Below are positions 32,965-43,051 of a stretch of DNA of 46,614 bases, one piece after another. Source of the DNA: Bacteroidota bacterium. Its GTDB lineage: Bacteria; Bacteroidota; Bacteroidia; Bacteroidales; VadinHA17. The notes below the pieces were generated by a model. It was not told where the DNA came from. It saw only the letters and a list, made by a program, of their open reading frames with translations, and did no database searches. A program made the translations under genes and the position numbers. Position 1 is the first letter of the stretch. The number at the start of each line of letters is the position of its first letter. Where the stretch lies: contig JBBIIS010000002.1 of assembly GCA_037446375.1 (NCBI GenBank), positions 8,276 to 54,889 of the forward strand, given 5' to 3'.

Positions 32965-34105
32965 CAGCTTTCCAATCAAAAAACTAGGGGAACTCCCTAC
33001 TCCTTTCTATTACTACGACACTGAGGTATTAAAGCAGACGGTCGAACTCTTAAAGAAGGAATCAGGATTTTGCGGGTATAAGGTTCATTATGCGGTTAAG
33101 GCAAATGCAAACCCGCGAATACTCAGGATAATATCATCCTGCGGAGTTGGTGCTGATTGTGTCAGCTGGAATGAGATAGAACGGGCCCTTGCCAATGGCT
33201 TCAGCAATAATGAGATAGTATTTGCCGGCGTTGGCAAATCTGACAGGGAGATAGAAGAGGCGCTTAAAGCTGATATCTTCTGCTTTAACTGCGAGTCGGT
33301 ACAGGAACTCGAAGTAATCGATTCCATAGCCTCCGGCCTTGGAAAGACAGCCAGAGTTGCACTGAGGATAAATCCGTATGTTGAGGCACACACTCATAAG
33401 CATATAACAACAGGAGTTGAAGAGAGCAAATTCGGGATAACGATGGCCGATCTTGACCAAGTTCTCCAGAGGATGAAAACTCTGAAAATGATCAAATTCG
33501 TCGGAATACATTTTCATATCGGAAGTCAGATAACAAGGATGCAGGTATTCAAGAGCCTCTGCAGCAGGGTCAATGAGATGCTTGATTGGTTCAGCAACAG
33601 GAATATTGATATCCGTATTATAAACGTAGGCGGCGGACTTGGCATTGATTATGAGGATCCTTTACGGCTGCCCGATTTTCACAACTACTTTTCGATATTC
33701 AGGGAGATGATAAGAATACGTCCCGGACAGGAGCTTCATTTTGAGCCTGGAAGAGCGGTCGTCGGACAATGCGGAACGCTGATCTCAAAAGTGCTTTATA
33801 TCAAGAATGGCGGGAATACAAGGTTTGCGATAATTGATGCCGGAATGACTGATCTTCTCAGGCCTGCTCTATACCAGGCATTCCATAAGATAGAAAACCT
33901 CAGTTCAAAAGGAGAGCCTGTACACTATGACATTGTGGGACCTGTTTGCGAATCTTCAGATACGTTCGCTAAATTCGTCGAGCTGCCCGAGACAAAGCGC
34001 GGCGACATAATAGCTATAAGATCTGCCGGGGCTTATGGTGAAACCATGGCTTCGAGATACAACCTGCGTGACCTGCCCGGATCAGTATTTTCGGATAATT
34101 TATAA
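32933..34105 (+). CDS. lysA: diaminopimelate decarboxylase
   Basis: PLP-dependent Orn/DAP/Arg decarboxylase motifs (HYAVKANANP, GGGLGIDY, EPGRAVVG, CESSD). An alternative start at ATG 32957 would overlap the lysC stop by only 8 nt. Confidence 0.9.
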   Translation: MNTYSEIQMADSFPIKKLGELPTPFYYYDTEVLKQTVELLKKESGFCGYKVHYAVKANANPRILRIISSCGVGADCVSWNEIERALANGFSNNEIVFAGVGKSDREIEEALKADIFCFNCESVQELEVIDSIASGLGKTARVALRINPYVEAHTHKHITTGVEESKFGITMADLDQVLQRMKTLKMIKFVGIHFHIGSQITRMQVFKSLCSRVNEMLDWFSNRNIDIRIINVGGGLGIDYEDPLRLPDFHNYFSIFREMIRIRPGQELHFEPGRAVVGQCGTLISKVLYIKNGGNTRFAIIDAGMTDLLRPALYQAFHKIENLSSKGEPVHYDIVGPVCESSDTFAKFVELPETKRGDIIAIRSAGAYGETMASRYNLRDLPGSVFSDNL

Positions 34106-34121
34106 TCTAAGAACTTTAACC

Positions 34122-34143
34122 GCAGAGTGCACAGAGACTCTGC
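34122..34143 (+). other. 7-bp hairpin GCAGAGT-gcacagag-ACTCTGC just after lysA (no T-run)
   Basis: Read directly. It sits in a GC-rich CAGAG/CTCTG-rich patch (34112..34230) that resembles the blocks around the tRNA genes. Confidence 0.3.
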
Positions 34144-34419
34144 GCCGAGAAGGCAGAGTAAGAAATATTATATTATTGGCTCTCTGCTGCCTCCGAGTCC
34201 CCCGACGATAATCGGGACAATGCTGCCCATGCTGTTAATTATAATTTTTTAACAAATCTCCATTTTCAATCTATTTAACTGTTTAACAACCCGGTAAGAA
34301 AAAAATAATATTAAACTTCACAGCGTTTTCATTATTTAGACCGAATCTAAAAATATCTCACCGGTTTCAATTGAAAAAATTTCTACTTTGGTGACTTATT
34401 ATACATAACCTAAGTTGAT

Positions 34420-35904
34420 ATGAAATATTCGCTCTTTAAAGTTAAGCCTTTCAACCAGCTGATGGCTGAAGCGACAAGTGATTCATCGGGGTTAAAACGG
34501 GCACTGAATGCAACTAACCTTGTTTTTCTCGGAATTGGTGCAATTATTGGTGCAGGTATCTTTGTAATAATTGGAGAAGTAGCTGCCAATTATGCAGGAC
34601 CATCTGTTATACTTTCCTTTCTGGTGGCCGCGGTAGCTTGCGCCTGCGCCGGACTTTGCTACGCTGAACTGACCTCGATGATCCCTATCTCGGGCAGTGC
34701 TTACACATACGCCTATGCGACTCTTGGTGAATTTGCAGCATGGATAATCGGATGGCTTCTTATAGTTGAGTATCTTTTCGCTGCATCAACGGTAAGCGTA
34801 GGCTGGTCGGGTTATGTTGTTAGTCTTCTAAGTGGCATCGGGCCGCACGGAATACATCTCCCCACTGCTTTTACAAATGCGCCGATCGTGTATAATGAAG
34901 CAACAAACGGATTTGTTCATTCAGCAGGCGGCATAATAAATCTCCCGGCCATTTTTATAGTATTTATCCTCACTCTGATCCTGGTACTTGGAGTCAAGGA
35001 ATCAGCCAGGTTCAATAATGTGATTGTATTTATAAAGGTTTCAGTGATTATTATCTTCCTTATTGCAGGAGTCTGGTTCATCTCAACTGCAAACTGGCAT
35101 CCATTTATACCAAAGAATACAGGAAAATTCGGACATTTCGGTATAAGCGGCATACTTCGGGGAGCTGCGGTCATTTTCTTCGCTTATATAGGTTTTGATG
35201 CAGTGTCGACAGCTGCCCAGGAAACTAAAAATCCGAAGCGAGACCTGCCGATCGGAATATTGGGATCTCTCGCTATCTGTACAGTCATATATATTCTTGT
35301 TGCCCTTGTACTGACAGGTATCGTATCATTCACAAAGCTTGGCGTTCCTGATCCGATAGCTGTAGGAATTGATTCGATGGACAGTAACTTTGCTAGAACA
35401 ATTCTTGCTCCGCTTATCAAGATCGGCGCCGTTGCGGGCTTAAGCTCAGTCATATTGGTTATGCTTCTCGGGCAGCCGCGAATCTTCTTCACTATGTCAA
35501 AAGACGGTCTCCTTCCTCCTGTTTTTGCAAAAGTGCATTCAAGATTCAAAACTCCTTATATGTCAACAATTATAGTCGGAGGCGTTGCGATGATACTTGC
35601 CGGACTATTCCCGATAGGTGTTCTCAGCAAGCTTGTCTCGCTGGGTACCCTGCTTGCCTTTTCATCAGTTTGCCTCGCTATTCTGATCCTGCGCAAAAAG
35701 CAACCTGATACTCACCGGCCTTTCAAGACACCCTTCACACCGTTTATACCCATACTTGGAATAGTGTCATGCCTTGGGATTACACTTTTCCTCAATATCT
35801 ATGCATGGGTCACAATGCTCGTATGGCTGACAGTTGGACTTATAGTCTACTTTACATATGGCATGAAGCACAGTACACTCACCATGAAAAACAATGCTGA
35901 ATAA
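34420..35904 (+). CDS. APC-superfamily amino acid permease (cationic amino acid transporter-like)
   Basis: 494-aa protein with about 12-14 TM segments. The N-terminal LKRALNATNLVFLGIGAIIGAGIF motif is typical of APC/CAT permeases. Confidence 0.8.
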   Translation: MKYSLFKVKPFNQLMAEATSDSSGLKRALNATNLVFLGIGAIIGAGIFVIIGEVAANYAGPSVILSFLVAAVACACAGLCYAELTSMIPISGSAYTYAYATLGEFAAWIIGWLLIVEYLFAASTVSVGWSGYVVSLLSGIGPHGIHLPTAFTNAPIVYNEATNGFVHSAGGIINLPAIFIVFILTLILVLGVKESARFNNVIVFIKVSVIIIFLIAGVWFISTANWHPFIPKNTGKFGHFGISGILRGAAVIFFAYIGFDAVSTAAQETKNPKRDLPIGILGSLAICTVIYILVALVLTGIVSFTKLGVPDPIAVGIDSMDSNFARTILAPLIKIGAVAGLSSVILVMLLGQPRIFFTMSKDGLLPPVFAKVHSRFKTPYMSTIIVGGVAMILAGLFPIGVLSKLVSLGTLLAFSSVCLAILILRKKQPDTHRPFKTPFTPFIPILGIVSCLGITLFLNIYAWVTMLVWLTVGLIVYFTYGMKHSTLTMKNNAE

Positions 35905-35925
35905 GCTCATTAAGGCAATAATACT

Positions 35926-35960
35926 GAAGGGACGCCTGAAAAGAGCGTCCCTTCTTAATT
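35926..35960 (+). terminator. rho-independent terminator after the permease gene
   Basis: GAAGGGACGC (35926..35935), 9-nt loop, GCGTCCCTTC (35945..35954), then TTAATTTA. Confidence 0.6.
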
Positions 35961-36046
35961 TATATGATTCTGTTAAACAAACACTCAGCCCTGACGTTAC
36001 ATCATATTTGCCATTGGAACCAGGGCTGAAAAATTAAAATAATAAC

Positions 36047-36054
36047 TATCTTTG
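36047..36054 (+). promoter_or_regulatory. -7 box TATCTTTG for thrS-infC-rpmI-rplT
   Basis: Exact TAnnTTTG match, 27 nt upstream of ATG 36081. Confidence 0.4.
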
Positions 36055-36080
36055 CCCACCAAATAAACACATGGATTTTA

Positions 36081-38018
36081 ATGATTAAAGTTACTTTTCC
36101 CGACGGTTCTGTAAAGGAATACAAAGAGGGCATCACAAGCCTTGAGATAGCTGAGCAGATCAGTCCGCGACTGGCGAAAGAGGTCTTATCAGCAACAGTC
36201 AACAATGAGGTGATTGATCTTACGAGGCCGATAACAACCGATTCAAAGCTTGTGCTTCACAAATGGGATGACGCAGAGGGAAAGCATGCATTCTGGCACT
36301 CCTCCGCGCATCTTATGGCTGAAGCAATTGAAGCCCTTTGGCCCGGGACAAAGTTTGGTATTGGTCCGGCAATTGAAAACGGGTTTTATTATGATATTGA
36401 TCCTGGTGATAAATCGCTCAACGAATCAGACCTTCTTCTTATAGAAAACAAAATGAAGGAGCTGGCTTCAAAGGATCTGACTTATTCGCGAAGGAATGTC
36501 AGTAAGAAAGAGGCGCTCAATATATTCAGCACAAAGGGCGATGAGTATAAGGTGGAGCTTATAACCGATCTCCAGGACGGGACGATTTCACTCTATACAC
36601 AAGGGAATTTTACAGATCTCTGCAGAGGGCCGCATCTTCCTTCAACGGAGCCTATAAAAGCCATTAAGATACTTAGCCTGGCCGGGGCATACTGGCGCGG
36701 AGATGAGAAACGTAAAATGCTTACAAGGGTTTATGGTATTACATTCCCGAAACAGAAGCTTCTTGATGAGTATCTTGTATTCCTCGAAGAGGCTCGCAGG
36801 AGGGACCACAGAAGGATCGGCAAGGAACTGGAGCTATTTACATTCTCACCGAAAGTCGGCATGGGCCTTCCGCTATGGATGCCTAAAGGATCTGATATCC
36901 GTTCAAAGCTGATCGAATTTCTTACAGTCATTCTCCGCAAGAGAGGCTATAAGATCGTTGCGACTCCTCATATAGGAAATGTGAATCTCTATAAGACCTC
37001 GGGCCATTTTGAAAAGTACGGTGCCGACTCGTTCCAGCCTATATCAACACCGCAGGAAGGTGAGCAGTTCATGCTTAAGCCTATGAACTGTCCGCATCAT
37101 TGTGAGATCTACAATGCAACACCGCACTCATACAAGGATCTCCCGCTGAGAATGGCCGAATTCGGAACAGTTTACCGGTATGAACAGAGCGGAGAGCTTC
37201 ACGGACTGACAAGGGTCAGAAGCTTCACCCAGGATGATGCACATCATTTCTGCCGCCACGATCAGCTAAGGGAAGAGTTCAAGAGCATAATCGACCTTGT
37301 CCTTTATGTGTTCAGGATACTAAACTTCAACGAGTATACAGCCCAGATATCACTTCGCGATCCGGATAACAAAGAAAAATATATAGGATCGGAGGAGAAC
37401 TGGGAAAAGGCCGAGCGCGACATAATTGAAGCTGCTGCTGAAAAAAACCTGGAAACGGTAATTGTTACCGGTGAAGCTGCGTTTTATGGTCCAAAGCTTG
37501 ACTTCATGGTAAAGGATGCCATCGGAAGGAAGTGGCAGCTTGGAACTATCCAGGTTGATTACAACCTGCCCGAGCGTTTTGATCTCACCTACAATGGCAG
37601 CGACAATCAGAAGCACAGGCCGGTAATGATACACCGCACAATTTTTGGCTCTCTTGAGAGATTCGTTGCTGTTCTGATCGAAAACACTTCCGGGAAATTC
37701 CCTCTGTGGCTTGCTCCCGAAAAAGCGGTTATCCTTCCAATTAGTGAGAAATTCAACGATTATGCCAGAAAAGTTTTGGAATTACTAAATAATTCCGATA
37801 TTTGCACCTTAATTGACGAGAGGAGTGAGAAGATAGGTAAAAAGATAAGGGATAATGAATTAAAGAGGATTCCCTTCCTTCTTATTGTGGGCGAAAAAGA
37901 GGAAGAGAGCGGTTCAGTTTCCGTCAGGAAGCAGGGAGACGGAGATAAAGGAGCTATGAAACCCGATGAATTCGTCAATTTTGTCAATGAAGAGATAAAA
38001 AAGGAGATTGACCTTTAA
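36081..38018 (+). CDS. thrS: threonine--tRNA ligase
   Basis: 645 aa. It has an N-terminal TGS domain ([14 protein letters not shown]), the editing-domain HSSAHLMA motif, class II core motifs and a C-terminal anticodon-binding domain. Confidence 0.95.
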   Translation: MIKVTFPDGSVKEYKEGITSLEIAEQISPRLAKEVLSATVNNEVIDLTRPITTDSKLVLHKWDDAEGKHAFWHSSAHLMAEAIEALWPGTKFGIGPAIENGFYYDIDPGDKSLNESDLLLIENKMKELASKDLTYSRRNVSKKEALNIFSTKGDEYKVELITDLQDGTISLYTQGNFTDLCRGPHLPSTEPIKAIKILSLAGAYWRGDEKRKMLTRVYGITFPKQKLLDEYLVFLEEARRRDHRRIGKELELFTFSPKVGMGLPLWMPKGSDIRSKLIEFLTVILRKRGYKIVATPHIGNVNLYKTSGHFEKYGADSFQPISTPQEGEQFMLKPMNCPHHCEIYNATPHSYKDLPLRMAEFGTVYRYEQSGELHGLTRVRSFTQDDAHHFCRHDQLREEFKSIIDLVLYVFRILNFNEYTAQISLRDPDNKEKYIGSEENWEKAERDIIEAAAEKNLETVIVTGEAAFYGPKLDFMVKDAIGRKWQLGTIQVDYNLPERFDLTYNGSDNQKHRPVMIHRTIFGSLERFVAVLIENTSGKFPLWLAPEKAVILPISEKFNDYARKVLELLNNSDICTLIDERSEKIGKKIRDNELKRIPFLLIVGEKEEESGSVSVRKQGDGDKGAMKPDEFVNFVNEEIKKEIDL

Positions 38019-38068
38019 TAATTTATTAATCAGAGTATTAACAAAAATAGGAGGAACGAGCTATAGCA

Positions 38069-38611
38069 TTGCCGATGAGACCCAGGCCAAGCAGACATGT
38101 TGAGCCTGCACACAGAATAAATAACCGGATCAACGCCAGAACTGTCAGGGTTGTTGGCGATGACATAGAAACCCAGGTTCTCAGCATACAGGATGCCCTT
38201 AAGCTGGCAGACAAGATGGAGTTGGACCTGGTTGAAATCTCCCCCGCTGCTGACCCGCCTGTTTGTAAAATAATAGATTATCAGAAGTTTCTTTATCAGC
38301 AGAAAAAGAAACAGAAAGAGATAAAAGCCAAGGCTGCCAAGATAGTCGTCAAAGAGATAAGATTTGGTCCGAACACCGATGACCACGACTACAATTTCAA
38401 GCTAAAGCATGCCATGAAATTCCTCGAAGAGGGAGCCAAAGTAAGGGCATATGTTTTCTTCAAGGGCAGATCGATCCTCTTTAAGGAACAAGGTGAAGTG
38501 CTTCTGCTGCGTTTTGCCAACGATCTTGAGGAATTCGGAAAAGTGGAACAGCTTCCAAGGCTGGAAGGGAAAAGAATGATTATTTCGTTTGCTCCCAAAA
38601 AGAAGAAGTAG
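38069..38611 (+). CDS. infC: translation initiation factor IF-3 (non-ATG start likely)
   Basis: ...[60 protein letters not shown]... is clearly IF-3. The track start is TTG 38069. In-frame ATA 38063 lies 8 nt after AGGAGG (38049..38054), and ATG 38075 is also in frame. Confidence 0.9.
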   Translation: MPMRPRPSRHVEPAHRINNRINARTVRVVGDDIETQVLSIQDALKLADKMELDLVEISPAADPPVCKIIDYQKFLYQQKKKQKEIKAKAAKIVVKEIRFGPNTDDHDYNFKLKHAMKFLEEGAKVRAYVFFKGRSILFKEQGEVLLLRFANDLEEFGKVEQLPRLEGKRMIISFAPKKKK

Positions 38612-38639
38612 GTTTTAATTAATATATTTTCAAAAGAAG

Positions 38640-38837
38640 ATGCCAAAAGTGAAGACAAATCCAGGTGCAAAGAAAAGATTTTCTTTGACCGGTACAGGAA
38701 AAATCAAGCGTAAGCATGCATTTAAGAGCCACATCCTGACAAAGAAAACAACAAAAAGGAAGAGAAATCTTACTTACACGGGTCAGGTTAACAAAGCAGA
38801 CGAGAAGAACATCAAGCTCCTGCTCGGACTTAAGTAA
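38640..38837 (+). CDS. rpmI: 50S ribosomal protein L35
   Basis: [36 protein letters not shown]..., 65 aa. Confidence 0.95.
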   Translation: MPKVKTNPGAKKRFSLTGTGKIKRKHAFKSHILTKKTTKRKRNLTYTGQVNKADEKNIKLLLGLK

Positions 38838-38938
38838 TTACTTACATTTTGATTTATTAACAATCTATAGTATTAACAGAGTGAACAGCAGATAAGATTC
38901 CGCCAAAGCGGAACGCTGACATTCAAAAACGTAAAATC

Positions 38939-39283
38939 ATGCCAAGATCAGTAAATTCAGTCGCATCAAGGGCCAGAAGGAAAAAGGTACTTAAGCAGAC
39001 AAAAGGAAATTTCGGTTCAAGAAGGAATGTAATAACTGTAGCCAAGAATACTCTCGACAAAGGTCTTGGTTACGCTTACCGCGACAGGAAAGCAAAAAAA
39101 GGACAGTTCAGGGCACTCTGGATCCAGAGGATAAATGCAGGCGTGCGTCAGTACGACATGAGCTATTCGGAATTCATCGGCAAGCTTGCAAAGAAAGGTA
39201 TCGCACTTAACAGGAAAACCCTTGCCGACCTTGCAATGAACCATCCCGATGCCTTCAAGGCAGTAGTTGAAAAAGTGAAGTAA
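38939..39283 (+). CDS. rplT: 50S ribosomal protein L20
   Basis: [30 protein letters not shown]..., 114 aa. Confidence 0.95.
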   Translation: MPRSVNSVASRARRKKVLKQTKGNFGSRRNVITVAKNTLDKGLGYAYRDRKAKKGQFRALWIQRINAGVRQYDMSYSEFIGKLAKKGIALNRKTLADLAMNHPDAFKAVVEKVK

Positions 39284-39303
39284 CATTCGTTACATATAAA
39301 AAA

Positions 39304-39339
39304 TGAAGGGCCGTTGATCTCAACGGCCCTTCATTTTTT
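39304..39339. terminator. strong bidirectional rho-independent terminator (rplT / lepB convergent)
   Basis: 13-bp stem TGAAGGGCCGTTG (39304..39316), loop ATCT, CAACGGCCCTTCA (39321..39333), then T6. A6 precedes the stem, giving a T-run on the other strand. Confidence 0.85.
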
Positions 39340-39392
39340 AACCTCACCCTAATTCCCACTTCGAGGGAAGGGGAACGAGGGGATGGGGTTTC

Positions 39393-40781
39393 TTATTTTG
39401 CCCTCATAAACATCCTGCTCCACCTGATACTGTTCAGACCATGGCCATCCTTGTCAAGTGAAAGCCAGATAAATTTCGGCTTACCAATAATATGATCCTC
39501 AGGCACAAATCCCCAGTACCGTGAATCAGCTGAATTATGCCTGTTATCCCCCATCATCCAGTAATAGTCCATCTTAAAAGTATAGCTTGTCGAAGGCTTA
39601 TTATTGATATATATAGTGCTCCCTTCGATCCTGAGATCATTATTTTCGTACACATCAATTATCCTGTCATAAAGACAAATATTGGATGTGTCAATATTTA
39701 CAGTCATGCCTCTTTTGGGTATCCAGAGCGGTCCGAAATTATCCTCGTTCCATTTATATACCGGGCTATGTGGGAAAATATAGGAAGCGTATTCACCCTT
39801 CTTTGAAACTATGGGCCGCACTTCAGTTACATTAGAGAATTTTGACAGCTTCTCTGCATTTTCCTTCGTAAGAGGAAGAATATATGCTGTACCGTAAAAG
39901 CCCTGCTGATCGGATTTTGATATCTCAAGTCTCTCAAATGCTTTAGGATTTATGGTTGTCCCGTTCGTCTGAATGGCATAAGAGGTTTGTTGTTTTGCGT
40001 TTTCAGGTACAAACTTACTGTTTACGTAGAGTGCCCCGTCAATGATCTTTACGGTATCGCCCGGGAGACCTATACATCTCTTTACATAGTTATCTCTCCT
40101 GTCGACAGGCCGGTAAATTATATGGTATCTTTCCCACATCTCTTTTCTTGCCTTGCTCAGATAATATGTTTTACTCTTTATGGTTTTAGTTGTACTGTAA
40201 TCCTGATTTGTCATATCCTCAGCAATTTCACGCATTATCTTGTAGTAGTCGGTTGCCTGGTTCTCCAGAACTACAGTATCTCCGGCAGGAAAGTTAAATA
40301 CTATCGGATCATTATTCCTGACAATCCCAAAGCCTATCAGTCTCTTGTATTTCCAGTGAATAAGATCTGACCACGATTTTCCCTTGGTTATTGGCATTGT
40401 ATTCTGTGTAAAAGGGAATGCGATGGGGGTATTCGGCATCCTTGGTCCGTAAGCAATCTTGCTTACAAAAAGGTGATCTCCGATGAGAAGCGACTTCTCC
40501 ATCGATCCTGTAGGTATCCTGTAATTCTGAAAAAAGAAGATATTAATAAGTGATACTGCTATAACAGCAAAAATCAGCGCGTCGAGCCATTCGACAAGTG
40601 TACTGTTTTTTCTGTCCCTTCTCTTCCAGAAGCTCCAGTTTACCTTTTCAGATATATATATATCATAGACAACTGCAAGACCTATAAGCAGCCACCATTT
40701 ACCTATCCATAGAACAACGAGAATATACAGTATAGCAGCGATCGCAAACCTGATATTTTTAGCAGTAAAATATTTCTTCAT
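39393..40781 (-). CDS. lepB: signal peptidase I (long Bacteroidetes form)
   Basis: S26 motifs IPTGSMEKSLLIGDHLFVSK (Ser box) and GDNRHNSADSRYWGFVPEDHIIGK (Lys/box E region). Confidence 0.9.
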   Translation of the reverse strand: MKKYFTAKNIRFAIAAILYILVVLWIGKWWLLIGLAVVYDIYISEKVNWSFWKRRDRKNSTLVEWLDALIFAVIAVSLINIFFFQNYRIPTGSMEKSLLIGDHLFVSKIAYGPRMPNTPIAFPFTQNTMPITKGKSWSDLIHWKYKRLIGFGIVRNNDPIVFNFPAGDTVVLENQATDYYKIMREIAEDMTNQDYSTTKTIKSKTYYLSKARKEMWERYHIIYRPVDRRDNYVKRCIGLPGDTVKIIDGALYVNSKFVPENAKQQTSYAIQTNGTTINPKAFERLEISKSDQQGFYGTAYILPLTKENAEKLSKFSNVTEVRPIVSKKGEYASYIFPHSPVYKWNEDNFGPLWIPKRGMTVNIDTSNICLYDRIIDVYENNDLRIEGSTIYINNKPSTSYTFKMDYYWMMGDNRHNSADSRYWGFVPEDHIIGKPKFIWLSLDKDGHGLNSIRWSRMFMRAK

Positions 40782-40820
40782 ATAACCGTTATTAAAAAAG
40801 CGTAAAAGTAAATATTATAA

Positions 40821-41537
40821 TCAGAACCCAAGCACATCGTTCATTGTAAAAACACCCTTTCTTACACCTATATATTCGGCTGCGAGAATTGCACCAAGGG
40901 CAAATCCCTTTCTTCCGAAAGCTTCATGCCTCAATTCTATCCTGTCAATTCCAGAGTTCCACTCTACAGTGTGAGTGCCGGGTATGCTTCCTTCCCTCAT
41001 AGATTTTATTGCGATCCTGTCTCCGGCTGTCTTTTCAGGTATTGACCAGCCGTTATACCTTTTATTCTTTCTGACTATCCCTTCGGCAAGTGCAATGGCT
41101 GTTCCGCTTGGCGAGTCAAGCTTTTTTAAGTGATGTATCTCCTCTATTGAAACATGATAGTCTTCAAGCTTTTCCATTATTGCTGCAAGCTCCGCATTCA
41201 GCTTGAAAAGAATATTGACTCCAACACTGAAATTTGAGGAGTGAATGAAGGATGTTGCATTCTTGCTGCAGATCTCAACAGCTTTTCCATAATTATTAAG
41301 CCAGCCCGTTGTACCGGAAACAACAGGCTTTTTCATCATCAGGCATCTGCTTATATTGCTGAGAGCCGACTCAGGAACAGTAAATTCAATAACGGCATCA
41401 ATATCGCCAAATCTACTCTCCACAAAATCGTGACCATTATTAATATCTATTATAAGGTTTACATTATGGCCTCTTTTTACAGCCATCTCTTCAATTTCAT
41501 GACCCATGCGGCCATATCCTATCAATGCTATATTCAT
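40821..41537 (-). CDS. dapB: 4-hydroxy-tetrahydrodipicolinate reductase
   Basis: MNIALIGYGRMGHEI (NAD(P) binding) and EIHHLKKLDSPSGTA (the E-x-HH-x-x-K-x-D-x-PSGTA motif). Confidence 0.9.
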   Translation of the reverse strand: MNIALIGYGRMGHEIEEMAVKRGHNVNLIIDINNGHDFVESRFGDIDAVIEFTVPESALSNISRCLMMKKPVVSGTTGWLNNYGKAVEICSKNATSFIHSSNFSVGVNILFKLNAELAAIMEKLEDYHVSIEEIHHLKKLDSPSGTAIALAEGIVRKNKRYNGWSIPEKTAGDRIAIKSMREGSIPGTHTVEWNSGIDRIELRHEAFGRKGFALGAILAAEYIGVRKGVFTMNDVLGF

Positions 41538-41734
41538 ATAACTAGATTTCTGCTAAAATACCCGTTTTTTTTACTTCATCCATTATTAATATTGAGTTAT
41601 TTTCTTAAGGTGAAGTTAAATTAAGCCTGAATATATTCATACGGGAAAGAAAAACCATTACAGAAGCCTGCTAAACTATCTGCGGGATTTCGCTTTTAAA
41701 AATATAACTTGCATAACTTAACCGTTACCGGGTA

Positions 41735-43006
41735 ATGAAAATGACAAATGCCTCCGCTTCAGCTCACCAGTTCCTGGCATATCTGATATTGTCTTTATCC
41801 TGTTCTTTCTCTCAGCTCAATTCACAAACAACTGGCGTAGTTGTTAATGCAGGCCGTGATTCTTCACAATTAAAAAGCGAAGCCAGCTATAAATACAAAC
41901 GAGACCTGATTGACTTTACCTTAATTTTTCTGGGGAAGAATCCTGACTCGAGGCTTGACAGCAGCAATATCAGGCCAAAACATTTGTTTTTCTCCGTCTC
42001 TCCTATCGTTGAATACACAATTGCTACAGGTTTTTCTTTCGGGGTGGTTGGAAATGTGGCCTTTAAAACAAGTTCTGCGAAGAAAACAAATGTCTCCTCG
42101 TTCCTGGGAGCGATAAAATATACAACAAAAAGACAGTTCCTTCTCCCTGTTCAATCATCAGTATGGACTCCCGGGAACAGGTATAATCTTCTTGGCGACT
42201 GGCGTTATCTTAGTTATCCTCAGGATAGTTATGGCTTTGGCGGATATACAACCATGAGTGATAAGTATATTATCAACTACCAGCAGCTAAGATTCTATGA
42301 AACAGTACTTAAAAGTATCAGAAAAAATGTCTATTTTGGTTTTGGCTATCAGATGAATCACTACTGGAATATTTCAGAAGCAGAGCTTCAGCCGGGTAGG
42401 GTAACGGATTTTCAGAAGTATGGATTGACACGAAGATCAACATCATCAGGATTAGTGGTTGATTTTATTTACGACTCCCGGGAAAATTCAATTAACCCGG
42501 AAGGTGGAAGTTTTTTTGCGAATATCCAGTTTTTGCAGGATGCCAGGTTTTTGGGAGCAGATGCCAACTGGAATTCGCTTACAATAGATATCAGGAAATA
42601 TATTAAAATGCCCCTTCATACAGTACTTGCGTTCTGGTTCTACAGTGTCTTCACGATAAGCGGCAAGCCGCCATACCTTGATCTGCCGGGCACCGGGTCA
42701 GATACCTACAGTAATACCGGAAGAGGCTACGAACAGGCGCGGTTCATTGGCAAAAAAATGGTCGACGTTGAAATGGAGTACCGTTTCGATATTTCGAAAA
42801 ACGGATTGATTGGAGCTGTTATATTTGCAGATGCCCAATCGCTGTCCGAAATGGTGAGCAATAAACTTGAAGTGGTATCACCCGGCTTTGGAATCGGGTT
42901 ACGTATTAGATTCAACAAGTTCTCCGGAACAAATGTTTGCATAGATTATGGTGTCGGAACAAAGGGCTCAAAAGGATTTGTAGGAAATCTGGGAGAGATT
43001 TTTTAA
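41735..43006 (+). CDS. outer-membrane beta-barrel protein, Omp85/BamA-superfamily-like (no POTRA domains evident)
   Basis: It has a signal peptide, alternating beta-strand patterns, and a C-terminal ...GFVGNLGEIF ending in Phe, as in OMP barrels. Confidence 0.5.
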   Translation: MKMTNASASAHQFLAYLILSLSCSFSQLNSQTTGVVVNAGRDSSQLKSEASYKYKRDLIDFTLIFLGKNPDSRLDSSNIRPKHLFFSVSPIVEYTIATGFSFGVVGNVAFKTSSAKKTNVSSFLGAIKYTTKRQFLLPVQSSVWTPGNRYNLLGDWRYLSYPQDSYGFGGYTTMSDKYIINYQQLRFYETVLKSIRKNVYFGFGYQMNHYWNISEAELQPGRVTDFQKYGLTRRSTSSGLVVDFIYDSRENSINPEGGSFFANIQFLQDARFLGADANWNSLTIDIRKYIKMPLHTVLAFWFYSVFTISGKPPYLDLPGTGSDTYSNTGRGYEQARFIGKKMVDVEMEYRFDISKNGLIGAVIFADAQSLSEMVSNKLEVVSPGFGIGLRIRFNKFSGTNVCIDYGVGTKGSKGFVGNLGEIF

Positions 43007-43051
43007 CCCTGATTATCCGAAAGGTGAAACTTAAATGAATAATTTTAACTT

